Positions 30,990 to 43,522 of a stretch of DNA of 64,000 bases are shown piece by piece (position 1 is the stretch's first letter; each line of letters starts with the position of its first letter). The position numbers were made by a program, and so were the translations under genes. The DNA comes from the human T2T-CHM13v2.0 reference genome, Homo sapiens. Location of the stretch: assembly GCF_009914755.1 (NCBI RefSeq), contig NC_060932.1, one strand, 5' to 3'. Below the pieces are notes generated by a model. The model searched no databases. It was not told the origin of the DNA and saw only the letters and a program-made list of their open reading frames with translations.

Positions 30990-32330
30990 CATCTTATAAT
31001 TAAAATTCATATGGAAATGAACAGGAGTCAGAGTAGCCAAAAATTTAAAAAAGAGGAATAAAGTTGGCAGATGCACCCTTCTGAATTTCAAAACATATAA
31101 TAAAGCTAAAGTAACCAAGACAATGTAATTTGGTATAAAAATAGATATATCAATTAATGGATAAAATTGAGCCCAGAAATAAGTCCAAACATCTATGTTC
31201 AGTTGATATTTCACAGCCAAGATCTTGAACTGGGAGATAATAGTTCCCTCAAGTAGGTGCTTAGACAATTGAATACACACATGCAAAAAAAAAAAAAAAT
31301 AGTTAGATGCCTACCTCAAAAAATTTAACTCTAAATGGATCAAAGACCAACTATAAGAGATAAAACTATAAAAATCCTAGGAGAAAATATTGGGATAAAT
31401 CTTTGTGATAGTGAATTTCGCAATGCTTTCATAGATGTGACACTAAAAACGAGAAAAAGAGAAAAGTTAGATAAAAATTTGTCATCAAAATTAGATGCAT
31501 CATTACAATTAAACACTTTATGCATTAAGGGCACAATCAAGAATGTGAAAAGACGACTTGTAAATGGGAGAAACTATTTTCAAAGCATATATTTGATAAG
31601 ACACTATTATGAAGAATACAGTTAAAAACTCTTACAATTCAACATTAGAAGACAAATGATAATGAGCCTATGGTTGAATAAATATTTTACTGAAGAAAAT
31701 GTATAAATAGGCAATAGGCATATTAAAAATTGCTCAACAGCATTTGTTATTAAGGAAATGAAAACTTAAACCACAATGTATAATAAATAAAATATGCCCG
31801 AGTAATAAATACAAAACTTGTATGTATTATTCATGTCCACACAAAACCTTGTACATATATGTTTAAAATAACATGATTTATAATAACCAAAATGTGTAAA
31901 TTATTCAAATGTCCATCACCTGATGAATGGATAAATATGATATATTCATATAATGGAATGTTATTTATCAATACAAAGCAATGAAGTAATAATTCACACT
32001 ACAGCATGAATGAACATTGAAAATGTTACCTAAGTGAAAGGAGTCAGTCACATAAAATCACATACATGAATTCACTGATATGCAAAGTCTTGAACAGACA
32101 ACTCTATATACAGGAAGAAAGTAGGTTAATGGTTTCCAGGAGCTGAGAGGTCAGTGATTTGGGGGTGCATACTAACTGCCACATAACTTTCTGAGGAGAC
32201 TAAAATTAGACTGTATGAGGGTTTCACCATTCTATGAATATACTAAAAAAATTGAATTTTATATTTCAGATGAGTGAATTGTATGGCACATGGATCCTAT
32301 CCTAATAAACCCACTAAAACATACAAAGCA
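30990..32330 (+). mobile_element. Old L1M ORF2 and 3' UTR
   Basis: ORF 31335-31625 is ORF2-like (KTIKILGENIGINLCD). Confidence 0.85.
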
Positions 32331-32517
32331 AAAATAAAGCCTGAAAATAAAATAAAATCTGAAATACAAATATTCTCTATACAGAATTGTTTATATTTAT
32401 TAGAAACATGGCTACATGAAGCCTTTATACACCTTTGTATAATGTAAGACAATTTTTCACAAAGAATATTTTATGTAATAATACAATTTTCAGTATTGGT
32501 CGTTTTTAGATACTTCC

Positions 32518-33325
32518 CTTAAAAGAAGACATTTTTGCAGTCAACAGACAAATGAAAAAATGCTCATCATCACCGGCCATCAGAGAAATGCAAATCAAAA
32601 CCACAATGAGGTACCATCTGACACCAGTTAGAATGGCGATCATTAAAAAGTCAGGAAACAACAGGTGTGGAGAGGATGTGGCGAAATAGGAACACTTTTA
32701 CACTGTTGGTAGGACTGTAAACTAGTTCAACCATTGTGGAAGACAGTGTGGTAATTCCTCAAGGATCTAGAACTAGAAATACCATTTGACCCAGCCATCC
32801 CATTACTGGGTATATACCCAAAGGATTATAAATCATGCTGCTATAAAGACACATGCATACATATGTTCATTGTGGCACTATTCACAATAGCAAAGACTTG
32901 GAACCAACCAAAATGTCCATCAATGATAGACTGGATTAAGAAAATGTGGCACACATACACCATGGAATACTATGCAGCCATAATAAAGGATGAGTTCATG
33001 TCCTTTGTAGGGACATGGATGACGCTGGAAACCATCATTCTCAGCAAACTATCGCAAGGACAAAAAACCAAATACCGCATGTTCTCACTCATGGGTGGGA
33101 ACTGAACAATGAGAACACTTGGACACAGGAAGGGGAACATCACACACTGGGGCCTGTCGTGGGGTGGGGGAAGGGCGGATGGATAGCATTAGAAGATATA
33201 CCTAATGTAAATGACGAGTTAATGGATGCAGCACACCAACATGGCGCACGTATACATATGTAACAAACCTGCACGTTGTGCACATATACCCTAGAACTTA
33301 AAGTATAATTAAAAAAAAAAAAAGA
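32518..33325 (+). mobile_element. 5'-truncated L1PA (approx. L1PA4-5)
   Basis: ORF2 C-terminus (MFIVALFTIAKTWNQPKCPSMIDWIKKMW), 3' UTR, poly-A. Confidence 0.97.
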
Positions 33326-33339
33326 AAACCACTTCTGAT

Positions 33340-33606
33340 TTTTTGAGACAGTCTCACTCTGTCGCCCAGGCTGTAGTGCAGTGGGGCGATCTCCGCTCAC
33401 TGCAAGCTCCGCCTCCCGAGTTCACGCCATTCTCCTGCCTCCAGAGTAGCTGGGACTACAGGCGCCCGCCACCACACCCGGCTAATTTTTTTTGTATTTT
33501 TAGTAGAGACGGGGTTTCACCGTGTTAGCCAGGATGGTCTCGATCTCCTCACCTCGTGATCCACCCAAAGTGCTGAGATTACAGGCTTGAGCCACAGTGC
33601 CTGGCC
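33340..33606 (-). mobile_element. AluY with small deletions
   Basis: Y diagnostics gcaagctccgcctcc, ttcacgccattc, accgtgttagccaggatgg; TSD ctgatttttt. Confidence 0.93.
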
Positions 33607-33607
33607 T

Positions 33608-33763
33608 GATTTTTTTTTAAGAGAAAGAGATCTGACTATTGCTGCGCAGGCTGAAGTGTAGTGGCTGTTCACAGGTACATGGTAGTGCGCTGCACTGCAG
33701 CCTTGAACTCCTGGCCTCAGGCCTTCCTACTTCCTCAGCCTCCTGAGTAGGAGTGCACCCAGC
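33608..33763 (-). mobile_element. FAM (fossil Alu monomer)
   Basis: Contains the FAM-specific gtggctgttcacagg segment. Confidence 0.75.
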
Positions 33764-34529
33764 TTTTTACTTCCAAATTTGAAAGTAAATGCAATGAAAA
33801 GGAGGTGAAATTGAAAATTAATATGTGATTCTTCTTTTACTGCTTTGCCAATAGTCAACCTTATTGACACCCCTTCTTCATATATTAATATTTCTCTATG
33901 GAAAGCCTTTGTTTACAAATAGTCGACGACATACAGGTACACTTAATATCTAAAGATTAATATAGCTTAGTGATTTAAAACAGTTCTCAAAGTCACACAG
34001 TGTGGAATAGATTCCTGTCCACCAGCTACTAGTTTAATGATGTCGGCAAGTGACTTATCTTTCTTTTTGTTTTCCTCAGCTATAAAAATGAATAACATAA
34101 CCTCTTTTTATTTTGAGAAGGGGAAGATAAAATGTCACAGTAATTAAGCCATAATATAAAATAGTGATATATAGAAAAAATAGACAACTGCCTCTTCTGT
34201 CATTTGAAGGCTTTTTATTATGCCTGCCATACTAATTTTCCTATTATTTCCAAAATTGTCAGCATTAAGGCTACCTCTTTAACCTCCCTAGCATAGTACT
34301 AATTTTATATTAATTAAGATATTATGGTTTCTAACAGTCTTGCATTTAGCTAGATTAATTGCCACCATAGTTTTTAGTAAAGAGACAGGACAGCCCTTAG
34401 CGACTCTTCAGGTTTAAAGTCCAATCCACCCTACTCCCTGGTACGAAGTTAAGGTGTGAAGTAGGTAAACAGGCAGCTACCTCTATGAGATGGCTTCAGG
34501 AACACTCTAAACAGAAACCACCAGCATCT

Positions 34530-34740
34530 ACTGTGTCTTATATATTCTAGAACTCTGCCAAACCTTCTCTATAATATCATTCTAATCCCCAGAACAACGT
34601 ATTGAGTTATATATTATTTTCTCTACTTTACAAATAAGGAATTTGAGTCCCATAAACATAAGCAATTTTTCGAATTTACAAAGCAAGTAAATGCTAGGGC
34701 CGAGGTTTAAAATTAGCTCTATCTGACTTAGTACTTTACA
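34530..34740 (-). mobile_element. MIR
   Basis: tttacaaataaggaatttgagt...gcaagtaaatgctagggccgaggtttaaa core. Confidence 0.6.
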
Positions 34741-35009
34741 CTACATTTACCATTTAGTCAAACGTATCTTTTTAACAGCTGGGTTTGTTTTTCTTTTCTT
34801 TTCTTTTTTAAGTCTCTCATTGAGTCTGAAATTTCATACACTAACTTCACTCCTCTCAAACACACATTAAAGCAGAAAACTGTCTTGAGAAAATGTTTTA
34901 AAGTGCATATTCTTTTAAAATATCTAATATTGCTTTACTTCCAAAAGAGAGATAGTAATTGTTTTGTAAAGAGATTTTTCTTTATACAGTGTAACATATA
35001 TCTTAATTT

Positions 35010-35540
35010 TTTTCCTTTTCTTTTTTTAATGAAAATTAAATTTATACATAATTATGAAATACAATATGATGTTTGTAGACAGATTCAATCAAGATAATTA
35101 GTGTATCCATCACTTCACCAACTTAGCATTTTTTTGTGGTAAGAATATTAAAAATCTATTTTTTAAGCAATTTTGAAATATTTGATATACTACTATTAAC
35201 TGTGATCACCACATAGTCCAATAGATCACTAAGAAGAATTCCTCCAATCTAGCAAATTTTATCCTCTTTGATTATTTTCCCTTTCCCTGTCTCTAACCTT
35301 CATTCCTCTGCTAACCACCTTTCTACTCTATTTCTATGAGACAGACTTCTTTAGATTCCATATGTGATATCATACAGTATTTACCTTCTTGTACCTGGCT
35401 TATTTCACTTACCATAATGCCTCCAGCTCCACCCATGTTATCGTGAATGACATTTTCTTCTTTTTAAAGGCTGTATAATGTTCCAATTTGTAAATATATC
35501 ACATTTTCTTTATCCATTCATTCACTGAAGCTCATTTCAG
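35010..35540 (-). mobile_element. L1MA 3' end
   Basis: ttagattccatatgtgatatcatacagtattt...ggcttatttcactt. Confidence 0.85.
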
Positions 35541-36711
35541 CATTATCTACAATAAAACAATATATGTAATTCTACCTCATCATTCTTGTTGCAGTAACTG
35601 TTTATAACACTTAATTGAAATGAAATGAAATGAAATGAAAGGCTTTTTCATGGAGGATACACTATTATGTAATTTTAATAACATTTAACCATCTGTTTCT
35701 ATCAAAATAACAGTACTTTAATAATCAATGCAAAACCACCAAAGGTAGATAGTAACAAATGGGAATTGTCTCCTGTTAAATGGTTGTCTACTGTCTACTG
35801 GCATTGTGCAACTTAAATTCATGAACCATGCTTTGGGAAAAATTTAAAATCATATTGTCATTATTGATATGTAGGGCATTCACAACAGATATCTAATAAT
35901 TATAATTACAAACTATTTTAGAGAAAAAAATTTGTGAAGAAATATCAAAATGATTCAGCTTTCGTGTTCTATTCAGCTTTAAAAAGTGGAATATCATTGA
36001 CAATAAAAACATTCAAATCTCTCAGCATTGTTGGGATTCAAAGTTAATAACAAAAACAATTCCAAAAATAAAATGCTTATTTAATTGCATCCAAATTTGA
36101 AGTACAAAATTCAGCAGGTGCCAGATTTGGGCTTGTTACTGCTTTTTTATTATTCAATATTATAGCTGGAAATTGTACACAAAGAAGATAAATTCCAGTT
36201 GGCATCATTCACCTACCCTATGTGTTTTCCCCTTCTTTTCTATTACCTTGTGGTAGAACTTTCTAAAATTTAAAAATAATAAGTTTTAACCTAGAGAGCC
36301 AACAGATAATTTCAAACTTTCTTTTATGATTTTCATATAAATTATTCATAGAGAAATTATGTGCAGAACGAATATGATTGGAGTACCTACTGCTTATTTT
36401 ATTTGTACTTATCCTGTTTATAAGGAAGTTCTGAGAAATTAGTATTACTCACAATAATGCCATACATATTCATAAAGTCACATTAAAGGATTATTTTCAT
36501 GGTGTCATTATTTACCATTTATGCAGAAAGGCTTAATGGCCTCTGTATCTATAAATATTCTGAAAATTGCAGCCTTTGGTGAATAAATTAAGTCATTTAA
36601 AAAGAAAACTGAAAAATTAAGAATATACAGAATATGAAATGCCATATTTTTTAAGTATTAGACTGTGACTCATATTGAGAGGAGAAATGCAATTTTGCAC
36701 ATTCTCTATTT

Positions 36712-37007
36712 AATTGTATTTATCTTCCTTAAATATTGCTATGTCAGAATATATGTGTGTTGAGGAAAAAGATGTACATTCATTTCAATTAAATAACAAA
36801 AACACACTTCTAAACAATTCCAAAAGATTTATAATTACTTGCTCTCCCAATACCTGTCAATTGTATTTATCTTCCTTAAATATTGCTATGTCAGAATATA
36901 CATGTGTGTTGAGGAAAAAGATGTACATTCATTTCAATTAAATATCAAAAACACATTTCCAAACAATTTCAAAAAATTTATAATTACTTGCTCTCCCAAT
37001 ACCTGTC
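36712..37007. repeat. Tandem duplication of a 147/149-bp unit
   Basis: Copies 36712-36858 and 36859-37007 differ by a few substitutions and a 2-nt indel. Confidence 0.97.
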
Positions 37008-37080
37008 AAAATACGTTGCTATCCCAAACAGACATTGCATTTGCTCATCTAAAATTTCTACTTGAATACAAGTTGGTTGA
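37003..37080 (-). pseudogene. Relic exon (78 nt, phase 2-2, open frame), RGS alpha6-like
   Basis: cttattctAG ... CAG|GTATTG; QPTCIQVEILDEQMQCLFGIATYFD. Confidence 0.55.
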
Positions 37081-37867
37081 CTAGAATAAGCTTGCTTATT
37101 AAAGGTAAATACAATGAATAGTAGAAATATCTTTTAAGTGTAGTGAAAATCTGTAAAATGTTTTAGTTGGTGGAAGAATTTTCTCTGAATGCTCCCCTAC
37201 TTAGCACAATTGAGATATGCAACATATGGGATAAAATGAGATTCGTGATATATCTTGGTAACTTCAGTAACTTCTAGTTTGCTTAATATCCTAGTTATCC
37301 TATGTATTTTATGCAATGCAAACTTATAGTAATAATAATGGACCAATATATTTTAAGCCTCAAACATATCACTGACTTATTAGATAGCAGTCACCTGCTA
37401 TATTTCTACTCACTTCCCCTTCTAACCCCAGTCTGACTCTTCTTTCACTTAAGCAGAACATCCAGCTTTGATCCTACTAGACTTCCTCTTCCCTTCACCA
37501 TGCCTTATCTCCTTACTTTTCTCCTTACCCAGCCTAAATTTTAAGATTCTGTTTAAAATCACTCAGCAACCTCAAGATTGCTGGAATTCAACTGTTTACT
37601 TAACCTATGCATCCATCTAATAGCAGAACATAACTGGAAAGTAATAGATAATCACATTAGGTCTTAATCATTTTAAATTCTTGGCTGCCACCCTCAAATG
37701 AGCTACAAATGCTGGTTGCTAATCAACCTATTACACTAGTCCAATTACTCTTCTTGATGACTGTTATATAGCTTCCCCTTTCTCCTCAAATATGTATATT
37801 CTCTTCTGCCCTCCCTCTTGATGATGGTGTTACTAAATATTTGATTGTGAAAATGGGAGGGGGTGAA

Positions 37868-38147
37868 GGTTGGACATGGTGGCTCATACTTGTAATCTCA
37901 GCACTTTGGGAGGTAAAGGCAGGAGAATCGCTTGAGCCCAGAAGTCTGAGGCCAGCCTAAACAACATAGTAACATAGTGAGACCTCATCTCTATTAAAAA
38001 AAAAAAAAAAGCCAGGCATAGTGACACACACCTGTACGCCTAGCTGCTTAGGAGGCTGAAGTGAGAGGATTCCTTGAGCCCAGGATTGTGACACTGCACT
38101 CCAGCCTGGGCAACAGAGTGAGCGCTGTCTCAAAAAAAAAAAATAAA

Positions 38148-38178
<31 letters not shown>

Positions 38179-38180
38179 AA
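37868..38180 (+). mobile_element. AluJ with (AAAT)n tail, inside L2 remnants
   Basis: Diverged dimer with right-arm deletion and aacatagt duplication. Confidence 0.9.
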
Positions 38181-38329
38181 GGTTGTTGGCAAGGGGAATT
38201 AAAAGAGGACTTCTAGTAGCTCAGACAACCACATCTACCTATCTGAGTCTGGGACCACACATTCTGCCTTCCATCCTGTTACTATGGTTAAAATGTGTAT
38301 ACCCACTAGGTCTCATTTAATTTTTCTAT

Positions 38330-38925
38330 AAAACGTCTGGGGTGTTTTTAAGTTTTTTTGTTTGTTTGTTTACTTTTTACTTTTTCCTCTGATGTCCTCC
38401 TTAACTATAATTTTGGAGGAAAGGCAATGGAACTGTGGAAAAAATAATTATTGGATTTTACTTTTGTAAACGGGCTTCTAACTCTCTGGGCTTTGCAGAT
38501 ATTTCAAACTTCTACCCTGGAAAACTTCCAAGGCTCTTCAGAAGTCTCCAGCTGTGCTCTTCTGACTAAAGATCCTTTGATATGCCTGATACCTTCTTCA
38601 ACTAACACTTGTATTTCAGTCCCACACTCAGACACTAACTGCAGCGCTTTTCTACCCTCCCCGTTTTGGTTGGTAGGACATAGCTCTTCAACTTAGCCTA
38701 CCTATGGTCCAAGGAAAATGGTCGTGTATCTTCTGTCACCATCAGGAACGTTCATGGACTGTTGCAGCCCTCTGGCGTCTCCCTTCAGCTCTACTGCCGC
38801 CATTTTGGCTGTATCGGTTGTTAGTCCTGGGTCCTCCACCTGTAGAGAATACATTAGCAGGCTACAGGTTTCAGGTGAAGCCGCAGGCTGTTTCCACCTG
38901 ACTCTCATTATACTCGCAATGTAGT
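38330..38925. other. Unidentified coding-like, CpG-retaining segment (possible processed pseudogene fragment)
   Basis: About 50% GC with several CpGs; long near-open frames on both strands; GCCAAAATGGCGG and an A-rich tract downstream on the minus strand. Confidence 0.4.
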
Positions 38926-38929
38926 GTTC

Positions 38930-39490
38930 TGTTGTAGTTGCACCTGCTGTGTAACCATTTTACAACTTAGTGGTGTAACAATTAATTTTATTGTGCTCAC
39001 AAATTCTGTAGGTCAGAAATTCAGACAGAGAACAGTGGGGATGGCTTTTCTCTGCTTTAGGATAGCTGCGCCCAGGGCAGGAGGTGACTTGCTCCCTGGG
39101 GTCTGGAATCATCAGTAAATGTTTTTAATATCTGTGTAGCAGTTGATATTGGCTACCAACTGGAATCTTAACTGAAGCTTTAGAATAGACACATGATTTG
39201 GGATCTTCTGGTGGCCTCAGAGTAGTTGGATTTTATAGATGGTGGTTTAGACTCCAAAATGAGTATCCCAGTTAACTCAGTGGAAGTTTCATTATTTTTG
39301 TGGCATATCCTCAGAAAACATATAGCATCACTTCCACCACTTTTATCTGCTACAAATGAGTCATAGTATTACTCAGATTCAAGGAGAGAAAATTCAACTT
39401 TACCTCTAGATGGGGAGTGTCATGGTTCTAAAAGGGAATATGGGAAGGGACATACTGTTGTACCCAACTTTGGAAAATACCATATACCAT
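38930..39490 (-). mobile_element. Old MLT1 MaLR LTR
   Basis: aacttagtggtgtaacaa...ctcacaaattctgtaggtcagaaattcag. Confidence 0.75.
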
Positions 39491-40688
39491 AGATTTTCTC
39501 AAAGCAATTTCACTAACTAAATTATTCTTTCACAGATGTTCTGGCTTTTTAAAATATGTACATATAACCTTGATCCAACCGAGAGTTCCAAGAGTCAGGG
39601 AATACATTGTTATGCATTTTCTTAGTAAATTATGCATCTTGAAGTGTCACTGCATTTTGGAATGCCACCTCTTGTTATAAAATTTTAATATCTTGTTTTA
39701 GAAAAGAAATAAGTAGCTCTTCTACTGCCCTGTAGCATCAGTCACCTGGTATCAGTGACCTAGCCCCAGTGCCCTGTCACCAAACTCTAGACATGAGAGT
39801 AGAGATAGCCCAGATGACACAAAAAATGGAGCTACCTTTCTCAGCCATAAAAACAGAAAACTTTCCTTCTTGCAGAGTTTTTAAATTATAAAGGAAGAAC
39901 TTACTCCTTTGATCTGAAACTTCTGATTATGTTTTAGTCCTAAAAATTTTATGACCATAACAGGAAAGTTACAACATATAGAGATACAAATATAATATAA
40001 TGTTTTAAGTATTTAAATAGTATTTTTAATATAAAATATACAAAATAAAGTAACAACTTGATACAGTTTTAGAAACATTTGAAATACTATGAAGCCAAAA
40101 GACCTGGACTTTCTGTATGATCATTTAAAAGACCACCTCTAGTTAAAAAAGGGTCACATTTCTCCTAGGGAAAAGCTTTCCTTTTAAGTATGGATTTTAT
40201 ATCAATCACACTTGTTCATTTTGATCTGTTTTTTGAAAGAGTGTGTGTATGCGTGCTTGCAAGTGTGCATGTATGTGTTTGTGTGTGTGTGCCTGTGTGC
40301 AAATTTGTGTGTGTGTATGTGTGTATGTACAGCATCCTATGAAAGTAGCAATCTAAAAGACTGCAGAAACAGTTAATAAAATACTCCATACTCGCTTATG
40401 TAAGGTCAAAAAATGAAATGTCTGATAATGTCAAAAACTCTACCTAGACTATAGCACTATTACCCTATATATAGTATTGGTTAACAGCTAAACAATCTAA
40501 TTTTCAGAAAATATAAGCATAATATATGTTAATGAGGTTACAACTTTAAAAGTTGTAAAACCAGACCATCCTTCAGATCTCTCTTGAAAGAAGCATATAT
40601 TGTTACTTTTATTTTTCTTCAGATAGAAGATCTGAAAATGGAAAACAAGGTCTCAGGAGATACAGCTTATCTTAGAGGAGAGATGTCA

Positions 40689-41747
40689 TGATATGAATAT
40701 CCCCTCCAAAAACTCAGGTTGAGATTTAATCCTCATTGCAGCAGTATTGAGAAGTGGGGCCTGTAAGAGGTGATTGGCTCATATTAATAAATATAAATTG
40801 ATATTGTGTTCTTGGAAAAAAAAAGAAAAGACACCTCTATATGCAAGGATTAGAAACATTTCTATACATTTAAGTGAAATAAGCACTTTGGAGATCAGTA
40901 TGTATTGTATAATCTTACTTTAAAACTGCCTATATGTATAAACACAAATATATATGCAAATACATTTGAATAAACATAAAACAGTCTGAAGGGCACACCA
41001 CTAATGATGGTAGCTAATGTCTAAAGGTGGAGAGGACAACTTTCACTTTTTAATTTTTTTGCTTTCACAGCTCTTTACGTGCATTTATAATTATCCAAGG
41101 GCATAAATGCTTTCTAAAAATTAAGTATTTTCAACATGCACACAATTTTTTAAAGACAAAGGCATGTACTTTGAAAATAATAAAACTATATAACTAAATA
41201 TATGTTTACTAAACTTCGCAGTGTTAAATCTAAAAGTGCCTAATAGCATACATAGTTAAGTATCTGTATTGTACGTAATCCTAGAAACGACTTATCTGCC
41301 TGAAAACTCTGTTCACCACTGTATCCTTCAACTTAAACAGTTCCTAGAACTTAATATTTGTTTAATAAATATTTACTGTATTTACAACCACAAAAAAACT
41401 AAAGAGGTGATTGGCTCATGAGGGTTCTGCCTTCATGAATGCATTAATTCATTCATGGATTAACCAGTTAATGGGCAAATAGATTAACTCATTAACCCAT
41501 TAACTGGTGGTTTTAGATGAAGAGGAATAGAAACCTGAGCTAGCACTCTCAGCCTCCTCACCATGGGATACTCTGTGCTACCTCAGGACTCTTCAAAGAG
41601 TCCCACCAGCAAGAAAGCTCTCAGCATACATGGTCCCTCAACGCTGGACTTCTCAGCCTCCGTAATTGTAAGAAATAAATTCCTTTTCCTTAGAAATTAT
41701 CCAGTTTCAGGTATACTGTTATAATTTACAGACAACAAACTAACACA
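40689..41747 (+). mobile_element. MST (B-D) MaLR LTR split by a 619-bp insertion
   Basis: 5' part 40689-40782 resumes at 41402; ccagcaagaaagctctca...aataaattccttttc...ccagtttcaggtat. Confidence 0.85.
40783..41401 (+). other. Orphan retrotransposed insertion flanked by an 18-bp TSD
   Basis: aagaggtgattggctcat at 40765-40782 and 41402-41419; AATAAA 41364-41369; short A tail 41392-41398. Confidence 0.75.
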
Positions 41748-42865
41748 GGGATACGTCATGCTTTTCTCTGCCCTGCAATGTATTTGCACCCACACCCTAA
41801 ACAGTGTAGCTGTGATTAAGGGCATTTTCACCCAGGAAAGGTGAGCTAACAGCAGCCACAGGAGGTAGACCAAGATCTGGGCTGAGAGGTACCTTTCCTG
41901 AACCTCCTGAAATGTAACACTGGATCTGAGGGAGACCATAATTAGAAGCAGCTAAACCTTATCATCTCTGTAATAAAGCCAATTGGTTATCCCAGGTCTT
42001 GTTAAAAGATTGGCTTTTATTAACTCTTACTCTCTTACAGAGTCTAGGGAAGGGTCTCCCCTCAAACACAGAATAAAGTACCAAGAGGAAAAGAAACAGA
42101 GGCCTTGAAAAGGTGGGCCAGGCACTACCGAAGTTGATCTGAAATCAAGTGTTCAACAGCCTGTTGGTAAACTGGAAAGCCATTGTTTAGAGGTTGCTTT
42201 TTGGTCAAAGCAAGTGACAATCAAGAAAGATTTAGCTTAACACATAGAATTTTTAAAGATAAGCCTCTTAAACCCTTCCATTTTCCCTTTTTTTCCAAAT
42301 TTTAAAACTTAGTATAAAATAAAAGCATGGTCTTTGGAGTTATGGTTGCAACTGCCAAAGTAAATAAAGGAAAAATACCTCTCTAAGGTAAGTAGAATGG
42401 TGATTCTAATTTTTATAACAAAGTTAATATATTGCTTTTGTAATAATAAAAATTAAGCACAAAAGTACTTTACACAGCTTAACTTGATATGCAAGGTGAT
42501 GAGACCAGGTGACATTTGAATTACATATATTTGATATGCAGAAGTGAGAGAGGAAAGAATCAGGCAGAACAAACTCAGGAATGGAATTGAAGAGAAAAAG
42601 TATATATTATATGTGGGGAAAAAGTGAGTAATTCAGGGTTTTAGACCATACTGTGTAAAATATGAAAGTGAGAGATGGTATTGGGAAAGTAGAATGGTGC
42701 TCAATTGCTAGTTTAAGGAATATTATCTTCTCCAATAACCATAGGATGGACATTGACTGTTATTAGGCAAGGGAGTGGCATGCTTAGCAATCTTTTTTAG
42801 GAAACTCAAACTGAAAACATTAGGTAGCAAGATTTGGAGAAACCAGAGAAACCAGAGCAGAGATG

Positions 42866-42866
42866 C

Positions 42867-42906
<40 letters not shown>

Positions 42907-43184
42907 TATATATACACACATATATATATACACATATATATCTACATATATATGTATCTACATATGTATATATCTACATATATATGTATCTACATATATA
43001 TCTACATATATATGTATCTACATATATATCTACATATATATGTATCTACATATATATCTACATATATATCTACATATATATCTACATATATATGTATCTA
43101 CATATATATCTACATATATATGTATCTACATATATATCTACATATATATGTATCTACATATATATACACACACATTATATATAA
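42866..43184. repeat. TA-rich VNTR with 12- and 16-nt units (tatatatctaca / tatatatgtatctaca)
   Basis: Seen directly. Confidence 0.95.
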
Positions 43185-43187
43185 AAC

Positions 43188-43298
43188 ATGAAGTAAAGTA
43201 AATGGAGGCTAGTTAGAAATATATTTTAATCATGAGGCAAAGTAAATGGAGGCTAGTTAGAAATATATTTTAATGATGAAGTAAAGTAAATGGAGGCT
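43188..43298. repeat. 44-bp tandem repeat, 2.5 copies
   Basis: atgaagtaaagtaaatggaggctagttagaaatatattttaat starting at 43188, 43232 and 43276. Confidence 0.95.
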
Positions 43299-43522
43299 GG
43301 AATATGCTAGAGAGAGTGAAGAGTTGGATATAAGAGCTATTGTAGCAATACAGTCAGCTAGACTGGATATCTGGAATCATTTAAGACAAAGAAGAGAATC
43401 AGAAGTAATGCTGATCTTTTACAGCTAAGTACATCGAAAACTATTGATTCCAAAATAGCAACAGAAAACAGAGAAGGAAGAAAGATTTGGAGAACAAATA
43501 GGAGAGGTAGGAAACCACTTAA

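Noticed and set aside
38600-38920. Fibronectin type III-like reading of the minus frame (RVRWKQP...Y...NQNGEG)
   Set aside because: Only a few motif residues match and the frame has stops; too weak to call.
42723-43201. Tyr/Ile/His-rich ORFs (also 27545-27903)
   Set aside because: Translations of TA/CA microsatellites.
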